Counted from the first letter of the stretch, positions 1 to 9,865 are shown. The stretch is DNA of 64,000 nt from an uncultured Thermococci archaeon (GCA_964549615.1 CAZJVP010000051.1:32001-96000); one strand, 5' to 3'. Notes: generated from the letters alone by a model not told the origin. A program made the numbers and translations.

Positions 1-1267
1 CTCCCATATTGGTCTCGTATGCCTGGGTTATTGGGATGCCCATCTTGAGAGCCCGGGCCATGCCCGACATCGCCCGGATCACCAAGGGCGTCTCTTGGGC
101 CACGGTGTAGGTGACAGTGTTGTTCGTCCCGATCCCCAGCCCATTCAGCGTTTCGGTTATGTCCAGGGCCGCCGGGTAGCCCCCTGCAACCTTGAACACG
201 ATGTTCGGCCGGCCGCGCTCCATCTTGGCATCATACCCCCAGGTCAGTTGACGGTCGTATTCCGAGAGGAATCTTGACGCGGCCGAGTAGATCTTGAGCG
301 CATCCGCAAGGCTTCCGTCGAGGCTGTGGGCAACGTTCGGGTTGAGCTGGTAGCTGACCATCCCGTGGTGGAACTTGGATGCCAGGGCTATCGGCCTGAA
401 GACGACCAGGTTGGGCCAGAGGGCAATCATCGTTGCCTGCATGGCGATCTCGTCGCCCCGTTTCTGGGGAGAACTGAACCACTCCTTGTGTTGGCGCACA
501 ACCTTGCCGAACTCATGCCAGAGCGAGGGGTCGTCCTCATAGGCCTTCGCCGCGAGCACCGGATTCGTTGACACCTGCACGAAGCCGAGATGTCGGAGCC
601 ATCTGAGGCCGATGGCGTAGTCGTTGCCCAATTTGCACATGCCTCGGGCCGAGATCTTGTAGTACACGGTCTCCCTCAGGGCATTCCTCGTGGCTTGGAG
701 GAATGACAGAACGGGTGAGTTCTGGTCGATCCTGGCCTCGACTTCCTCAGCGATCTTGGCCATCATGCCAGCGCCCTTCATGATCTTCTTCATGTCAGCG
801 AGCATCCTCTCGACCACCGCGGCCCCGACCGGGTGCTTTCCATCGTGGTTCTGCGCCTCGGTCTTGGCGAAGGTCCCAAGGGCCTGCACGATGATGGAGT
901 ACGCGTCATCGCACTCGGAACTGGATAGCCCGACTATCTTGGGCTCGATGCCGCTTAGGTTGAACCCGATCTCAAGCATGACTTCGTAGGTACGCGCCCT
1001 ATCCAGTACCTTTCTCTTCAACTCCGCCGCGCGATCCTCCCGATGGATCTCGGCCTCGAGGAAAACGAGGTTTAGCTGTCTGGTTACGTTGCCCACGACT
1101 TCCATGAGGTTTCCCCGCATCTCCGGGGACAGCAGGTGGTCAGCAGCAGTCTGCGGATGTCCGGCCAGCGCGAGGGCGACGACGTGTCCTGCATGGTCCA
1201 AACTCGTCGGAGGGCTCAGATCCTCGGGCTGGGACTGGAAGACGATCTCCCTGAACCTGTCGGTCAA
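1..1267 (-). CDS. Transaldolase-family protein with long N-terminal extension (runs off the window edge; absent from the ORF track)
   Basis: Manual minus-strand translation gives GFVQVSTNPVLA, GMVSYQLNPNVAH, PNIVFKVAGG (candidate Schiff-base Lys) and GIGTNNTVTY, matching transaldolase motifs. Probable TTG start at 1267, shortly after an in-frame TGA. Confidence 0.75.
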   Translation of the reverse strand, partial: MTDRFREIVFQSQPEDLSPPTSLDHAGHVVALALAGHPQTAADHLLSPEMRGNLMEVVGNVTRQLNLVFLEAEIHREDRAAELKRKVLDRARTYEVMLEIGFNLSGIEPKIVGLSSSECDDAYSIIVQALGTFAKTEAQNHDGKHPVGAAVVERMLADMKKIMKGAGMMAKIAEEVEARIDQNSPVLSFLQATRNALRETVYYKISARGMCKLGNDYAIGLRWLRHLGFVQVSTNPVLAAKAYEDDPSLWHEFGKVVRQHKEWFSSPQKRGDEIAMQATMIALWPNLVVFRPIALASKFHHGMVSYQLNPNVAHSLDGSLADALKIYSAASRFLSEYDRQLTWGYDAKMERGRPNIVFKVAGGYPAALDITETLNGLGIGTNNTVTYTVAQETPLVIRAMSGMARALKMGIPITQAYETNMG

Positions 1268-1506
1268 TGTCTCACGCCCTTTCAGGCCACCTCATGGGCA
1301 TGTCTTCAAAAATCTATTTCACGACATCGATCTGGGGCACGGTCGGCTTCATGGAAGCTGTAGGGCCCTTGACAAGGAAGCGTCATTCTCTGGAAGTGTG
1401 CTTCGTGTTCGTACGGGAGTCTCCAGAGTTCGATCTTCGTCGCGATGTGCATCCAACCGGTTAGGAATACTTAAGAGGCCTGTCGCCGAGCACGGCGGCA
1501 ACGCCC

Positions 1507-2538
1507 ATGGCATCAGGGCAGAGGCAAATGGCGAGAGGAATCCTTCTAGCAGTTGTTGTTCTGGTCCTCGTGAGTCCCAATCCGCTCGCGGGCCAACAGG
1601 GCTCAAACGTCACGAAGCCGCTCTTGCTGGTCTACTCTCAGGGCGAGCCGGCTTACGGCCGAGAGCTCGCCAACATTCTGTCCGGAGATCCGCGCATCGA
1701 TGCGCAGATCCTTGTCCTCACGGACCCCGATCTGTTCAAATCCATGCTGTACTTCCCAAGCGTCAAGGTCGTCCTGGCTGTCTTCAACCATGACAAGGAC
1801 GAAGGGCTGGGGGAGCATCTGCAGAATTTCTTCGAGGGGGGCGGAGGTATGGTCGGATTGGGGTTTGCAGGATGGCAGACCACCACGCGGCAGGCGAGCC
1901 AGACGGTCTTTCCGCTGAACGCAAGCTCCTACATCGTGGGTAGCTACAATGCCTCGGCCAGGGCATATATGCACGATCTCTACGTCGACGAAGCCCATCC
2001 CATCAGCCGGGATATCGGTGACTTCACGGCTTACACCCACAAGGTTTTTGTGAGCGCGGACAAGGCTTCAGGTCAGCAGCTGTCTGTGAAGTCCGAGGGT
2101 GAGGTGACCGTCGTCTATCGTGACGCAGCGCTCAATGCCCCAGCTGTGGTCGTATATGAGGCCGCGGGGGTCAGCGTGACCTTTGCGTGCTTTGCGGGCG
2201 ATTCGGTCGAGAGGGCGCCGACATACTTCGGACGTTTCACGAGCCGGGAGGAGTTCAGGAAGCTTCTCAGGAATTCGATTGCCTGGGTCTGGGCAAGTGA
2301 GCGGCGATATGGGAAAACGATGTCCAGCGCGCTGGCCCGATTCGCGGAGGAAGCGCATGAGGCCGATGAGATCAGGGCGCAGGCCGAGCTTTCAGCAAGG
2401 CAGCACAAGACTCACCGGTTGCTGAGGACCGTGGCGATTGCGGCGTTGGCCGTCCTCGGCGTGGGTGCCATCCACCGGAAGTGCTTTGCTCCATCTTCCC
2501 GGAAGACGACCGTCGAGGAGCAGGCAAAGGGCGGGTGA
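1507..2538 (+). CDS. Secreted/membrane-anchored protein with class I GATase-like domain and C-terminal TM helix
   Basis: N-terminal signal peptide, FFEGGGGMVGLG motif, helical segment, then a hydrophobic helix and basic tail. Confidence 0.7.
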   Translation: MASGQRQMARGILLAVVVLVLVSPNPLAGQQGSNVTKPLLLVYSQGEPAYGRELANILSGDPRIDAQILVLTDPDLFKSMLYFPSVKVVLAVFNHDKDEGLGEHLQNFFEGGGGMVGLGFAGWQTTTRQASQTVFPLNASSYIVGSYNASARAYMHDLYVDEAHPISRDIGDFTAYTHKVFVSADKASGQQLSVKSEGEVTVVYRDAALNAPAVVVYEAAGVSVTFACFAGDSVERAPTYFGRFTSREEFRKLLRNSIAWVWASERRYGKTMSSALARFAEEAHEADEIRAQAELSARQHKTHRLLRTVAIAALAVLGVGAIHRKCFAPSSRKTTVEEQAKGG

Positions 2539-2573
2539 AGAGTTGCAGCGCAAGGACGTGGCTGAACTTGGAG

Positions 2574-3452
2574 ATGAAGCAGGTGGTTGACCGAAGGCTC
2601 GTCGGCATAGTCGCGATCGCCTTCGTTCTGTCCTCCGCAGGGTTCAGCCTCTTCGTTGGCGAACGCGTCGAGTCTCCAATAGAAGTGATCAGGAACGAGT
2701 GGAACTTGCCAACCGACTCCAAGGGCATCTACAGCATGCCGAAGACGGAGGGCCGCTACACGTATTCGCTGGGACTGGTGGTCCGGAAGCCCTTTGAGAA
2801 ACTGGAGCTACTCTTCGCAACCCTGAAGAATTCGTCGTTCAAGATGGTGGGCGGTGAAATCCCGCCATCGGCCTCGGCCAGGGAGCGATTCGGGGCCATC
2901 GTCGAGCTTGGCAACATGACCTCGGTCATCGAAGGGTATGCCGAACGGTACCACATGCGCTTGGAGGAGCACGAGTTCCGCGCCAAGGTCGGATCGCGGG
3001 AGTACGAGGGATTCGTCGTCGACCTCACCTGGCCGATCGTGCCCGTCGCGCCGGCGGCCGTCCAGCACGGGCTTCCCACCGTGCACGCGCTGCTCTTCGA
3101 CCCGAACGGCACGGCGCTCCAGTACTATCGCGGTTTTCCGGACTTCTTCCTGTCCAGGAACGAATCGATAATCGATCTCACGATACAACGTAACCAAAAC
3201 GTCACGAAGTTCTCCCAGAGGACCACCCAGCAGGGAACGAGCCTCCTCATGAAGGACGCCCCCGCGCTGGGCAGGCTCGCATTCAGGGATCTTCGGAAGG
3301 AGGATCAGATCTTCGTAACGGTTGCCGTCAACTCGGCCGACCCGGATGCCATGTATCAGGCGACGCCCGCGAGGGACACGATGATCCACATGATCCTTGT
3401 CTTCATCGACGGTGAGTGCTATGACGTGTTCGTTTCGCCCATCATATGGTGA
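2574..3452 (+). CDS. Hypothetical membrane-anchored protein
   Basis: Co-oriented ORF in an apparent operon with an N-terminal TM (LVGIVAIAFVLSSAGFSLF). Start uncertain (2481-2574). Confidence 0.65.
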   Translation: MKQVVDRRLVGIVAIAFVLSSAGFSLFVGERVESPIEVIRNEWNLPTDSKGIYSMPKTEGRYTYSLGLVVRKPFEKLELLFATLKNSSFKMVGGEIPPSASARERFGAIVELGNMTSVIEGYAERYHMRLEEHEFRAKVGSREYEGFVVDLTWPIVPVAPAAVQHGLPTVHALLFDPNGTALQYYRGFPDFFLSRNESIIDLTIQRNQNVTKFSQRTTQQGTSLLMKDAPALGRLAFRDLRKEDQIFVTVAVNSADPDAMYQATPARDTMIHMILVFIDGECYDVFVSPIIW

Positions 3453-3453
3453 G

Positions 3454-4731
3454 ATGGCGAGGCCGGCCTTGTGTAGGAGATCCTTGGGAGCGGATCGAGG
3501 GATCGCTAGATCTTTTCGCCTTGCAGTCGCGCTTCTTGCCGCTGCCTATCTGTCTGGCTGCTGCTGCGCCGAGCCGAAGGTTGACCCTGAGAGCGGAAGG
3601 ATCAGGCTGTTGCTGGTCGGAGAGGCAACGTCGGGCGGCAACACCTTCGTCGTGAGCTTGCTAAGATCGGACCCGCGCATCAGCCACTACGCTACGATCT
3701 ACGGAGGAGCAAGCGCGGAGCCGGATGCTGCGAGGAGATACGTGCGCATCCACTTCCCTAGGACGGCGGGACGGCTTGCCTCAAGCATCGACGTCATCGA
3801 GTACATGGATGCCCCTCCCTGGCTGTTCACCGATGACCAGCAGGTCTGGATTCATGACTCGATCAGGGACAGCGGCATGGGGCTTGTCCTTGTCGAGATG
3901 GGCTGGCACACCTGCTACTACGCTTGGTGGTCGTGCAACTGCCCGTGGGATTGGATTAACTCTCCCATCTACCAAGCATGGCCGATGGACGTGGTCCTTG
4001 AGAAGATCATCCAGACATCGACCTACATCGAGATAGTGGAGAGGACGCCCGTCGTTGATCTTCCGGACATCGAGCGCACTCCTTACCAAGGAGCACTTTA
4101 CGTCGGTGTCGTCATTGCTCGTCCGGGCTCCAAGGTTCACGCAAGATGGCGGGTCGGCAAGGAGGATGCGATCGTATCCACAACCTACGGCAAGGGGACC
4201 ACGTTGTCGCTACCATCGGGATGGGACTGCATCCCCTCGGACATGATGAGAAACTGGAAGTACTTCATAGACTTCGTTCTGAACAGCGTTTACTATGCAG
4301 CGAACGTCCCGATACCGGAGGATCCGGAACTGGCCCACAGCCTCAGGGCGGCCTTCACACAGTTCTTTGAGCAGAAAACCCTCATGTTATCCTTGCTGGA
4401 TTTCATCGATAGGTTCGGCGCGAATACGAACCCCCTCCACAAGATGATCGACGACCTAGAGGCGAAGAACAAGGAGGCAGGCAGGCTCTACATGCAGGGC
4501 GACTATGCCGGCTCATGGGAGTCGGTGCGGGAAGCCTTGGATGGATTGGCCAAGATCTCCAACGAGTCCGCCAAGCTTCGAAGGAAGGCCCTCTTCTGGG
4601 TGTTCGTCACCGAGTACCTTGCGGTCTCAGGTACCTCCATGGCTTGCGGCGTCGTACTTTGGACGGTGATGGTTAGGAGGCGCTACTACAGGGAGGTCAA
4701 GACAACCCGTCTTGAGACGCGCCTTGAGTAG
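3454..4731 (+). CDS. Membrane-anchored GATase-like surface protein, paralog family member 1
   Basis: Signal peptide. Shares RRYVRIHFP, FIDRFGANT and LFWVFVTE-TM-RRRYYREV with 28248..29495 and 43185..44432. Confidence 0.75.
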   Translation: MARPALCRRSLGADRGIARSFRLAVALLAAAYLSGCCCAEPKVDPESGRIRLLLVGEATSGGNTFVVSLLRSDPRISHYATIYGGASAEPDAARRYVRIHFPRTAGRLASSIDVIEYMDAPPWLFTDDQQVWIHDSIRDSGMGLVLVEMGWHTCYYAWWSCNCPWDWINSPIYQAWPMDVVLEKIIQTSTYIEIVERTPVVDLPDIERTPYQGALYVGVVIARPGSKVHARWRVGKEDAIVSTTYGKGTTLSLPSGWDCIPSDMMRNWKYFIDFVLNSVYYAANVPIPEDPELAHSLRAAFTQFFEQKTLMLSLLDFIDRFGANTNPLHKMIDDLEAKNKEAGRLYMQGDYAGSWESVREALDGLAKISNESAKLRRKALFWVFVTEYLAVSGTSMACGVVLWTVMVRRRYYREVKTTRLETRLE

Positions 4732-5963
4732 TGGGCATTCTCGGCATCGTGCCTCAGCTGGGCGAATGGTCATTTTTAAGGCTGCGATCGGTCCGCCCTC
4801 CATTGTCCAAAGCAACCACGGGGCCCGAAGCTAGGGCCCTCTTTGCTGCCTCATTCGCGTACAATCTGGGCGCGGCGATGGCCGGCCTAGCCGCGATCCT
4901 CCTGGCCATCAGGTTGGAAGCGACGCCTTTGGAGCTCGGCCTTATCGGCATGATATGGCCGGCCTTCTACACCGTCGCATGCTTGTTCTCCGGGCCGCTG
5001 TCCGATCGGGTCTCGCGAAGGCTTCTTTGCTCGATCGGATGCGCGATCGCGTGCTCGGCCTACCTGCTGATGATGGAGGCGTCTTCACCGCGGCAGATAA
5101 TGCTCTTCGGGTTCCCCGTGGGAATAGCCATGTCCTTGTTCTGGCCTCCCCTGGAGGCTTGGCTTGCCGAGCTTTCGTCTCCTGCGGATCTGAGGAGGAA
5201 CTTCGGCGTCTTCAACATTGCCTGGAGTGCAGGAGCCGCACCGGGGCCCTTTCTCGCGGGGGTGGCCATCAACGTCGGCGTGCCTTTCGCGTTCGTTAGC
5301 AGCGTCTCTTTCATGGCGATTGCAGGCGTCATCGTGATGACGCGTAGGCCCGACGTTCGCAGGGATGCCAACACCCGACGACCACTTACCGCCGATGAGG
5401 ACAGCTCACGGAGATACCTGCACCTCGCTTGGGTTGCCAATTTCGGAACGTACTTCACGATCGGCATCATCAGGTCCCTCTTCCCGAAGCTAGGAGGGGA
5501 GCTGGGGATGAGCTCGCCATCCATCGGGAGCCTGTTGTCAACTATAACGTTCACCCAGGTGCTGATGTTCGCCTTGCTGCGTCGGACGTCAATCTGGCAT
5601 TACCGGATTGCGCCACTCCTTGTGTCCCAGTTCATATTGTTGGCCGGATCCCTCTTGATATATACGGGGACCAGGTTCGAAGGGTTCCTCCTGCCGATGG
5701 TGATGGCCGGAGGTTGCGCGGGGATTTCCTACTTCTCCAGCATCTACTACAGCATCAACACGCCCGTCCGGTTGGGTGCCAGAAGTGGCCTGCACGAGTC
5801 GTTGATCGGCCTCGGCGTTGTGGCCGGGCCTCTCACCGGGGGGATCGTGGCTCAGAGGTGGGGGCTGAGGAGTCCATATCTTCTTTCCGCCGCAGTCACC
5901 CTTCTCGGGATAGGTTGTCTAGCCTGCGTGGGGATCGCGCTTCGCACGGGACGGAAGAAGTGA
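4731..5963 (+). CDS. MFS transporter
   Basis: About 12 hydrophobic helices; motif A-like GPLSDRVSRR. Confidence 0.9.
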   Translation: MGILGIVPQLGEWSFLRLRSVRPPLSKATTGPEARALFAASFAYNLGAAMAGLAAILLAIRLEATPLELGLIGMIWPAFYTVACLFSGPLSDRVSRRLLCSIGCAIACSAYLLMMEASSPRQIMLFGFPVGIAMSLFWPPLEAWLAELSSPADLRRNFGVFNIAWSAGAAPGPFLAGVAINVGVPFAFVSSVSFMAIAGVIVMTRRPDVRRDANTRRPLTADEDSSRRYLHLAWVANFGTYFTIGIIRSLFPKLGGELGMSSPSIGSLLSTITFTQVLMFALLRRTSIWHYRIAPLLVSQFILLAGSLLIYTGTRFEGFLLPMVMAGGCAGISYFSSIYYSINTPVRLGARSGLHESLIGLGVVAGPLTGGIVAQRWGLRSPYLLSAAVTLLGIGCLACVGIALRTGRKK

Positions 5964-6060
5964 CACGAGAGCGGTCCCAGACGTTTCTGCGTCCGCTACA
6001 AAGTAGGAGGGCGGAAACGGTGCAGACACGGCTCCCTGCACGGTTGATGAAGAAGGGACG

Positions 6061-6157
6061 TGGGCCCGCGGGGAATTGAACCCCGGACCTTTGCCTGGTG
6101 GTACGACCACCATCCGGTTATCAGCCGAACGCTCTAACCAAGCTGAGCCACGGGCCC
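6061..6157 (-). tRNA. tRNA-Ile(GAU) with 22-nt non-canonical insertion (~6093..6114) at the 3' side of the anticodon stem
   Basis: GGGCCCG/CGGGCCC acceptor stem, GCTC/GAGC D-stem, TTCGG-CTGATAA-CCG, T-arm CGGGG-TTCAATT-CCCCG. The insertion contains a perfect TGGTGGT/ACCACCA hairpin. Confidence 0.9.
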
Positions 6158-6280
6158 TTTGCCCTTTGCGCCCGGCTACGGTTGAGCCAATAAAAATATC
6201 TCTAGGGCCAGCCGTCCATGGCGGTTCGAAAAAGTCCCATCCTAGGTCGGGGCCCCGCCAGGTGGCAAGCTCGGGGAATA

Positions 6281-6289
6281 GCTATAAGT
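6281..6289 (+). promoter_or_regulatory. Putative TATA box for apt
   Basis: CTATAAG about 30-35 nt upstream of ATG 6319. Confidence 0.4.
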
Positions 6290-6318
6290 CCGACGGCATA
6301 CCTCGGACAGGTGCGACC

Positions 6319-6849
6319 ATGAAGGCCGAGGACGTTAAACGTGCCATTCGAACGGTGCCCAACTTCCCAAAGAAAGGGGTCATGTTCAGGGACATAACCA
6401 CCTTGGTGAAGGACTACAAGACCTTCAGGTATGCGATAAAGAAGCTTGCCAGCATGTTCCTGGATGACGACATAGACGTGGTCGTTGGGATAGAGTCCCG
6501 CGGTTTCATCATCGGCGCCCCGCTCGCCCTGGAACTTTGCGCGGGCTTCGTTCCCGTCCGCAAGCCTGGCAAGCTGCCGTACAAGACCGTCAGGAAGGAG
6601 TACCGAACGGAGTACAGCCTGGACTCGGTGGAGATGCACGTCGACGCCATCAAACCCGGCCAGAGAGTTCTGATGGTCGACGATCTGATCGCCACCGGGG
6701 GCACGATGAAGGCGGCCATAGACCTCGTCGAGCAGCTGAAGGGCCAGGTCGTCGGAGTGGCGTTCGTCGTCGATCTGCCCGAGCTTCACGGAAAGGAGAA
6801 GCTCAAGGGCTACAGGGTCGTGAGCCTTGTCGAGTTCGAAGGGGAGTAG
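6319..6849 (+). CDS. apt: Adenine phosphoribosyltransferase
   Basis: IRTVPNFPKKGVMFRDIT, GIESRGF, RKPGKLP, and PRPP motif VDDLIATGGT. Confidence 0.95.
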   Translation: MKAEDVKRAIRTVPNFPKKGVMFRDITTLVKDYKTFRYAIKKLASMFLDDDIDVVVGIESRGFIIGAPLALELCAGFVPVRKPGKLPYKTVRKEYRTEYSLDSVEMHVDAIKPGQRVLMVDDLIATGGTMKAAIDLVEQLKGQVVGVAFVVDLPELHGKEKLKGYRVVSLVEFEGE

Positions 6850-6865
6850 CGCTCAGCAGGTGCCA

Positions 6866-6872
6866 TTTAAGA
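6866..6872 (+). promoter_or_regulatory. TATA box of tRNA-Ala
   Basis: TTTAAGA about 26-32 nt upstream of the tRNA 5' end. Confidence 0.6.
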
Positions 6873-6897
6873 AATGGCCGGAGTCACTTGGCTCGAT

Positions 6898-7027
6898 GGG
6901 CCGATAGCTCAGCCTGGCAGAGCACCGCCTTTGGGAAGGCAGGTTTGCTTCTCGGCGAGCGCAAGGCGGGGGCCGCGGGACAGGCACGATGTCTCGGCCT
7001 GCGCGAATTCAACTCCCGCTCGGTCCA
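6898..7027 (+). tRNA. tRNA-Ala(CGC) with two introns (33/34: 6932..6959; 53/54: 6980..7007)
   Basis: Acceptor stem GGGCCGA/TCGGTCC has the G3-U70 Ala identity pair. Both introns have perfect 4-bp central helices (CGCC/GGCG; CGCG/CGCG) with 3-nt bulges. The spliced product is a 74-nt cloverleaf. Confidence 0.9.
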
Positions 7028-7138
7028 TCCTTCTTCCACCGGGGTCTCGGGGCTGAACGATGCGGCCATGCCAAAGACCATTGCGCCCACATTGCTCAGC
7101 ACCCGAGCCTACACCCAGGCGCGACTGCCCAGTTGGCC

Positions 7139-8335
7139 CTACTGGGTCTGCAGCCAATTCGCCCTCCGCCCTATCTGCGCCATCTTAACGAAGAACGAGC
7201 AGATGATGACGCCCGTCAGTGCGGTCACGACCAGGGGGGTGAGCCCCTCGGCGGGGCTGATGATGAAGTTGAGTGCCCTGTGAAGCACTATAAGGAATAT
7301 CACTAGCGATGTCCCCAGGACCATGTAGTTCCACATCCTAGCGTCCCTCTCGAAGTAGTTGTCGACCATCTTGCCAAGGATGGTCAGGACGACGATGGAC
7401 AGGATGAAGGGGAATGCGTGCACGGTGTACAGCTCGAGGAAGAACTCGGACCCGTAGTTTGGCGCGGTTATGACCCGGTATATGATCACAGCGGCGGCGA
7501 CGATGGCCAGAAGTATGGATGTCATGTAGCTGTAGAAGGTGAGGCGTCCCTCGGACCCGGTCTCCTTCAAGGTAGCGTATACCCCTTGCAGGTATCTCAG
7601 CAGAGTGGAGAAGTGCTTGTCGAGCCCGAAGCCTATCGCGAAGAGGTAGCCCCCGACGACGAAGATCACTGCAGCCAGACCCACCAGCAGCGGAGCCTCG
7701 GCCACGCTTGCGAGAGAAAAGATCACGAGCGCAAGCCCTGGAAGCCCGAGGAATGTCCTTGCCCTTTTCGGGTCGGAAGCGATCTCGGAAAGGTATCTCG
7801 TGATGATCAGGTAGGTCTCTTCCAACCTCTCGCTCTGCTTGACAACGACCCTCTCGGTCGCCGTTATGTTCACCTTGTCCTTCAGGAGAGGGATTATCTG
7901 TTCGTCCTCCAACCCGTCCGAGACGAAGATGGTCTCGTCGGGGGAGATCCTCTTCACAACCTCATCGAGTTGCCTGGATATCTTGACGTCCGACTCAACT
8001 CCAACGTCGCGGTCGCCCGTGAGGGTGGCGACCTCGACCTGCACCTTTTCCTTGTTCTTTATGGCTGACTCCGTTATCGAGTCCGCCAAGCCCACCGCCC
8101 TGAGAATGGAGTTGACATCGCTGTCCTCCGCATCGACTAGTCCAAGCTGGATGGCTGCCTTGAGGTTCTCTTCCCTTCCGATGACGGGTCCCTGCAGCCG
8201 AGCCTTCCTCCCGAGGTCATCGTCGCGGTCGACGCAGAGCACCATGATGCGCTTCAAGTACCTCGGCCCCGCAAGATCTACAGCTGGCGCAAATTTTGAT
8301 AAAGGTTTCTTAGCACTTCCTCCCCAGCGTCCCAT
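7139..8335 (-). CDS. DUF373 family archaeal membrane protein
   Basis: VLCVDRDDDLGRK, DSDVNS, VSDGxEDE and VVVKQS motifs followed by several TM helices. True start probably near 8246-8258. Confidence 0.85.
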   Translation of the reverse strand: MGRWGGSAKKPLSKFAPAVDLAGPRYLKRIMVLCVDRDDDLGRKARLQGPVIGREENLKAAIQLGLVDAEDSDVNSILRAVGLADSITESAIKNKEKVQVEVATLTGDRDVGVESDVKISRQLDEVVKRISPDETIFVSDGLEDEQIIPLLKDKVNITATERVVVKQSERLEETYLIITRYLSEIASDPKRARTFLGLPGLALVIFSLASVAEAPLLVGLAAVIFVVGGYLFAIGFGLDKHFSTLLRYLQGVYATLKETGSEGRLTFYSYMTSILLAIVAAAVIIYRVITAPNYGSEFFLELYTVHAFPFILSIVVLTILGKMVDNYFERDARMWNYMVLGTSLVIFLIVLHRALNFIISPAEGLTPLVVTALTGVIICSFFVKMAQIGRRANWLQTQ

Positions 8336-8602
8336 GCTATGGAAGGATGACTGCGTCTAGCCTTATCTGGGACTTTGTCCGCAGAGCTTCCTCCGTCCCC
8401 TACGCCTCGATGGCGTGATCCCTGCACCCGGTTGCCGCAGGACCAGATCGCGTATCGACGACATGAACCGCGGAGCCGCAGATGGTGCGTCTGTACCCCC
8501 CGTAGCGTTAACGCAAGCGGCAGTCCGGAAAGAATTTTATGAGGCCGGCCGAAGCTTGGTTCGGCGGTCTTCTTGGAGCGGCGGGTTTTCCAGCGTGACG
8601 GG

Positions 8603-9865
8603 ATGACCATCGTCGAGAAACTGCTCAGTTGGTCATCCGGCGCGGAGAGGGCCCGCCCGGGCATGATCGTCGAGTCGCGCCTCGATCTCGTCCTTGTGAA
8701 TGACGTGACCGGTCCCCTAGCCATCGAGCAGTTCCGAAAGATCGGCGTGGGACGGGTTTTCGATCCCTCCAGGATCGCGCTAGTGATGGATCACTATGCC
8801 CCGAACAAAGATGTCCAGTCCGCTGCCCAGTCAAAGATGCTCAGGGAGTTCGCGCGCGAAATGGGCATCAAGAGCTTCTGGGAGATCGGCCGCTGCGGCA
8901 TTGAACACGTTCTCCTTCCGGAAGAAGGCCTCGTGAAACCCGGCATGATAATCGTGGGGGCCGACTCACATACATGCACCTATGGTGCGCTGGGAGCGTT
9001 CGCGACCGGGATAGGATCAACGGAGGCGGCCGTCGCAATGGCGACCGGGAAGTGCTGGTTCCGGGTGCCGGAGTCGCAATCCTACCGCATCGACGGCCGG
9101 CTGGACAGATACGTGACGAGCAAGGACGTGATACTCACAATCATAGGGAGGATCGGCGTCGAGGGCGCTTCGTACATGTCCATGGAGTTCTCAGGCTCAA
9201 CCGTGGAGGCAATGAGCCTGGACAGTCGCGCCACGATGTGCAACATGGCCATAGAGGCGGGAGCGAAGTGCGGCATCGTCGAGCCGGACGAGGTAACGCG
9301 TCGATACGTGTCCGAAAGAACCGCGGACCTGATCGAGGTCGAGAACCTATTCAGCGACGAGGACTGCCGGTATGCCGCGACCTTCGAGTTTGCTGCCGGT
9401 GAGATCGAGCCCGTGGTGGCGCTTCCACCCCTGCCATCCAACTGCGTGCCAGCGGCCGAAGCATCGAACGTGAAGGTGGACCAGGCCTTCCTGGGCTCCT
9501 GCACCAACGGCAAACTTGAGGATCTGGCCTTGGCGGCGGAGATCCTGAAAGGCGAGACGATCCACCCGAACGTACGCATGATCGTGATCCCTGCAACCTG
9601 GAGGGTATACCGAGAGGCGATGGAGAAGGGCTATCTGTCCATCTTCCTGGACGCCGGGGCATGCATCTCCTGCCCGACCTGCGGCCCCTGCCTCGGCGGC
9701 CACATGGGCGTACTGGCCGATGGCGAGAGGTGCATAAGTTCGACGAACAGGAACTTCGTCGGCAGGATGGGAAGCCCCAGATCGGAGGTGTACCTAGCAT
9801 CTCCGGCGACGGTTGCGGCCAGCGCGATCACCGGACATGTAACCGATCCGAGGACGATACGATGA
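8603..9865 (+). CDS. leuC: 3-isopropylmalate dehydratase/homoaconitase large subunit
   Basis: MTIVEK start, DH, GADSHTCTYGA, GSCTNG, CGPCLG, STNRNFVGRMG. Confidence 0.92.
   Translation: MTIVEKLLSWSSGAERARPGMIVESRLDLVLVNDVTGPLAIEQFRKIGVGRVFDPSRIALVMDHYAPNKDVQSAAQSKMLREFAREMGIKSFWEIGRCGIEHVLLPEEGLVKPGMIIVGADSHTCTYGALGAFATGIGSTEAAVAMATGKCWFRVPESQSYRIDGRLDRYVTSKDVILTIIGRIGVEGASYMSMEFSGSTVEAMSLDSRATMCNMAIEAGAKCGIVEPDEVTRRYVSERTADLIEVENLFSDEDCRYAATFEFAAGEIEPVVALPPLPSNCVPAAEASNVKVDQAFLGSCTNGKLEDLALAAEILKGETIHPNVRMIVIPATWRVYREAMEKGYLSIFLDAGACISCPTCGPCLGGHMGVLADGERCISSTNRNFVGRMGSPRSEVYLASPATVAASAITGHVTDPRTIR

Noticed and set aside
1089-1793. 234-aa plus-strand ORF and the many similar overlapping or antisense ORFs across the window
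   Set aside because: Shadow frames typical of high-GC DNA, overlapping better-supported genes.
6898-7027. Calling this gene tRNA-Pro(UGG) with a canonical 37/38 intron
   Set aside because: G3-U70, the Ala-type body and the perfect BHB support 33/34 splicing to CGC; a true Pro(UGG) gene lies at 14993..15118.
8336-8400. Possible C/D-box sRNA (AGGATGA)
   Set aside because: No convincing CTGA D box or terminal stem.
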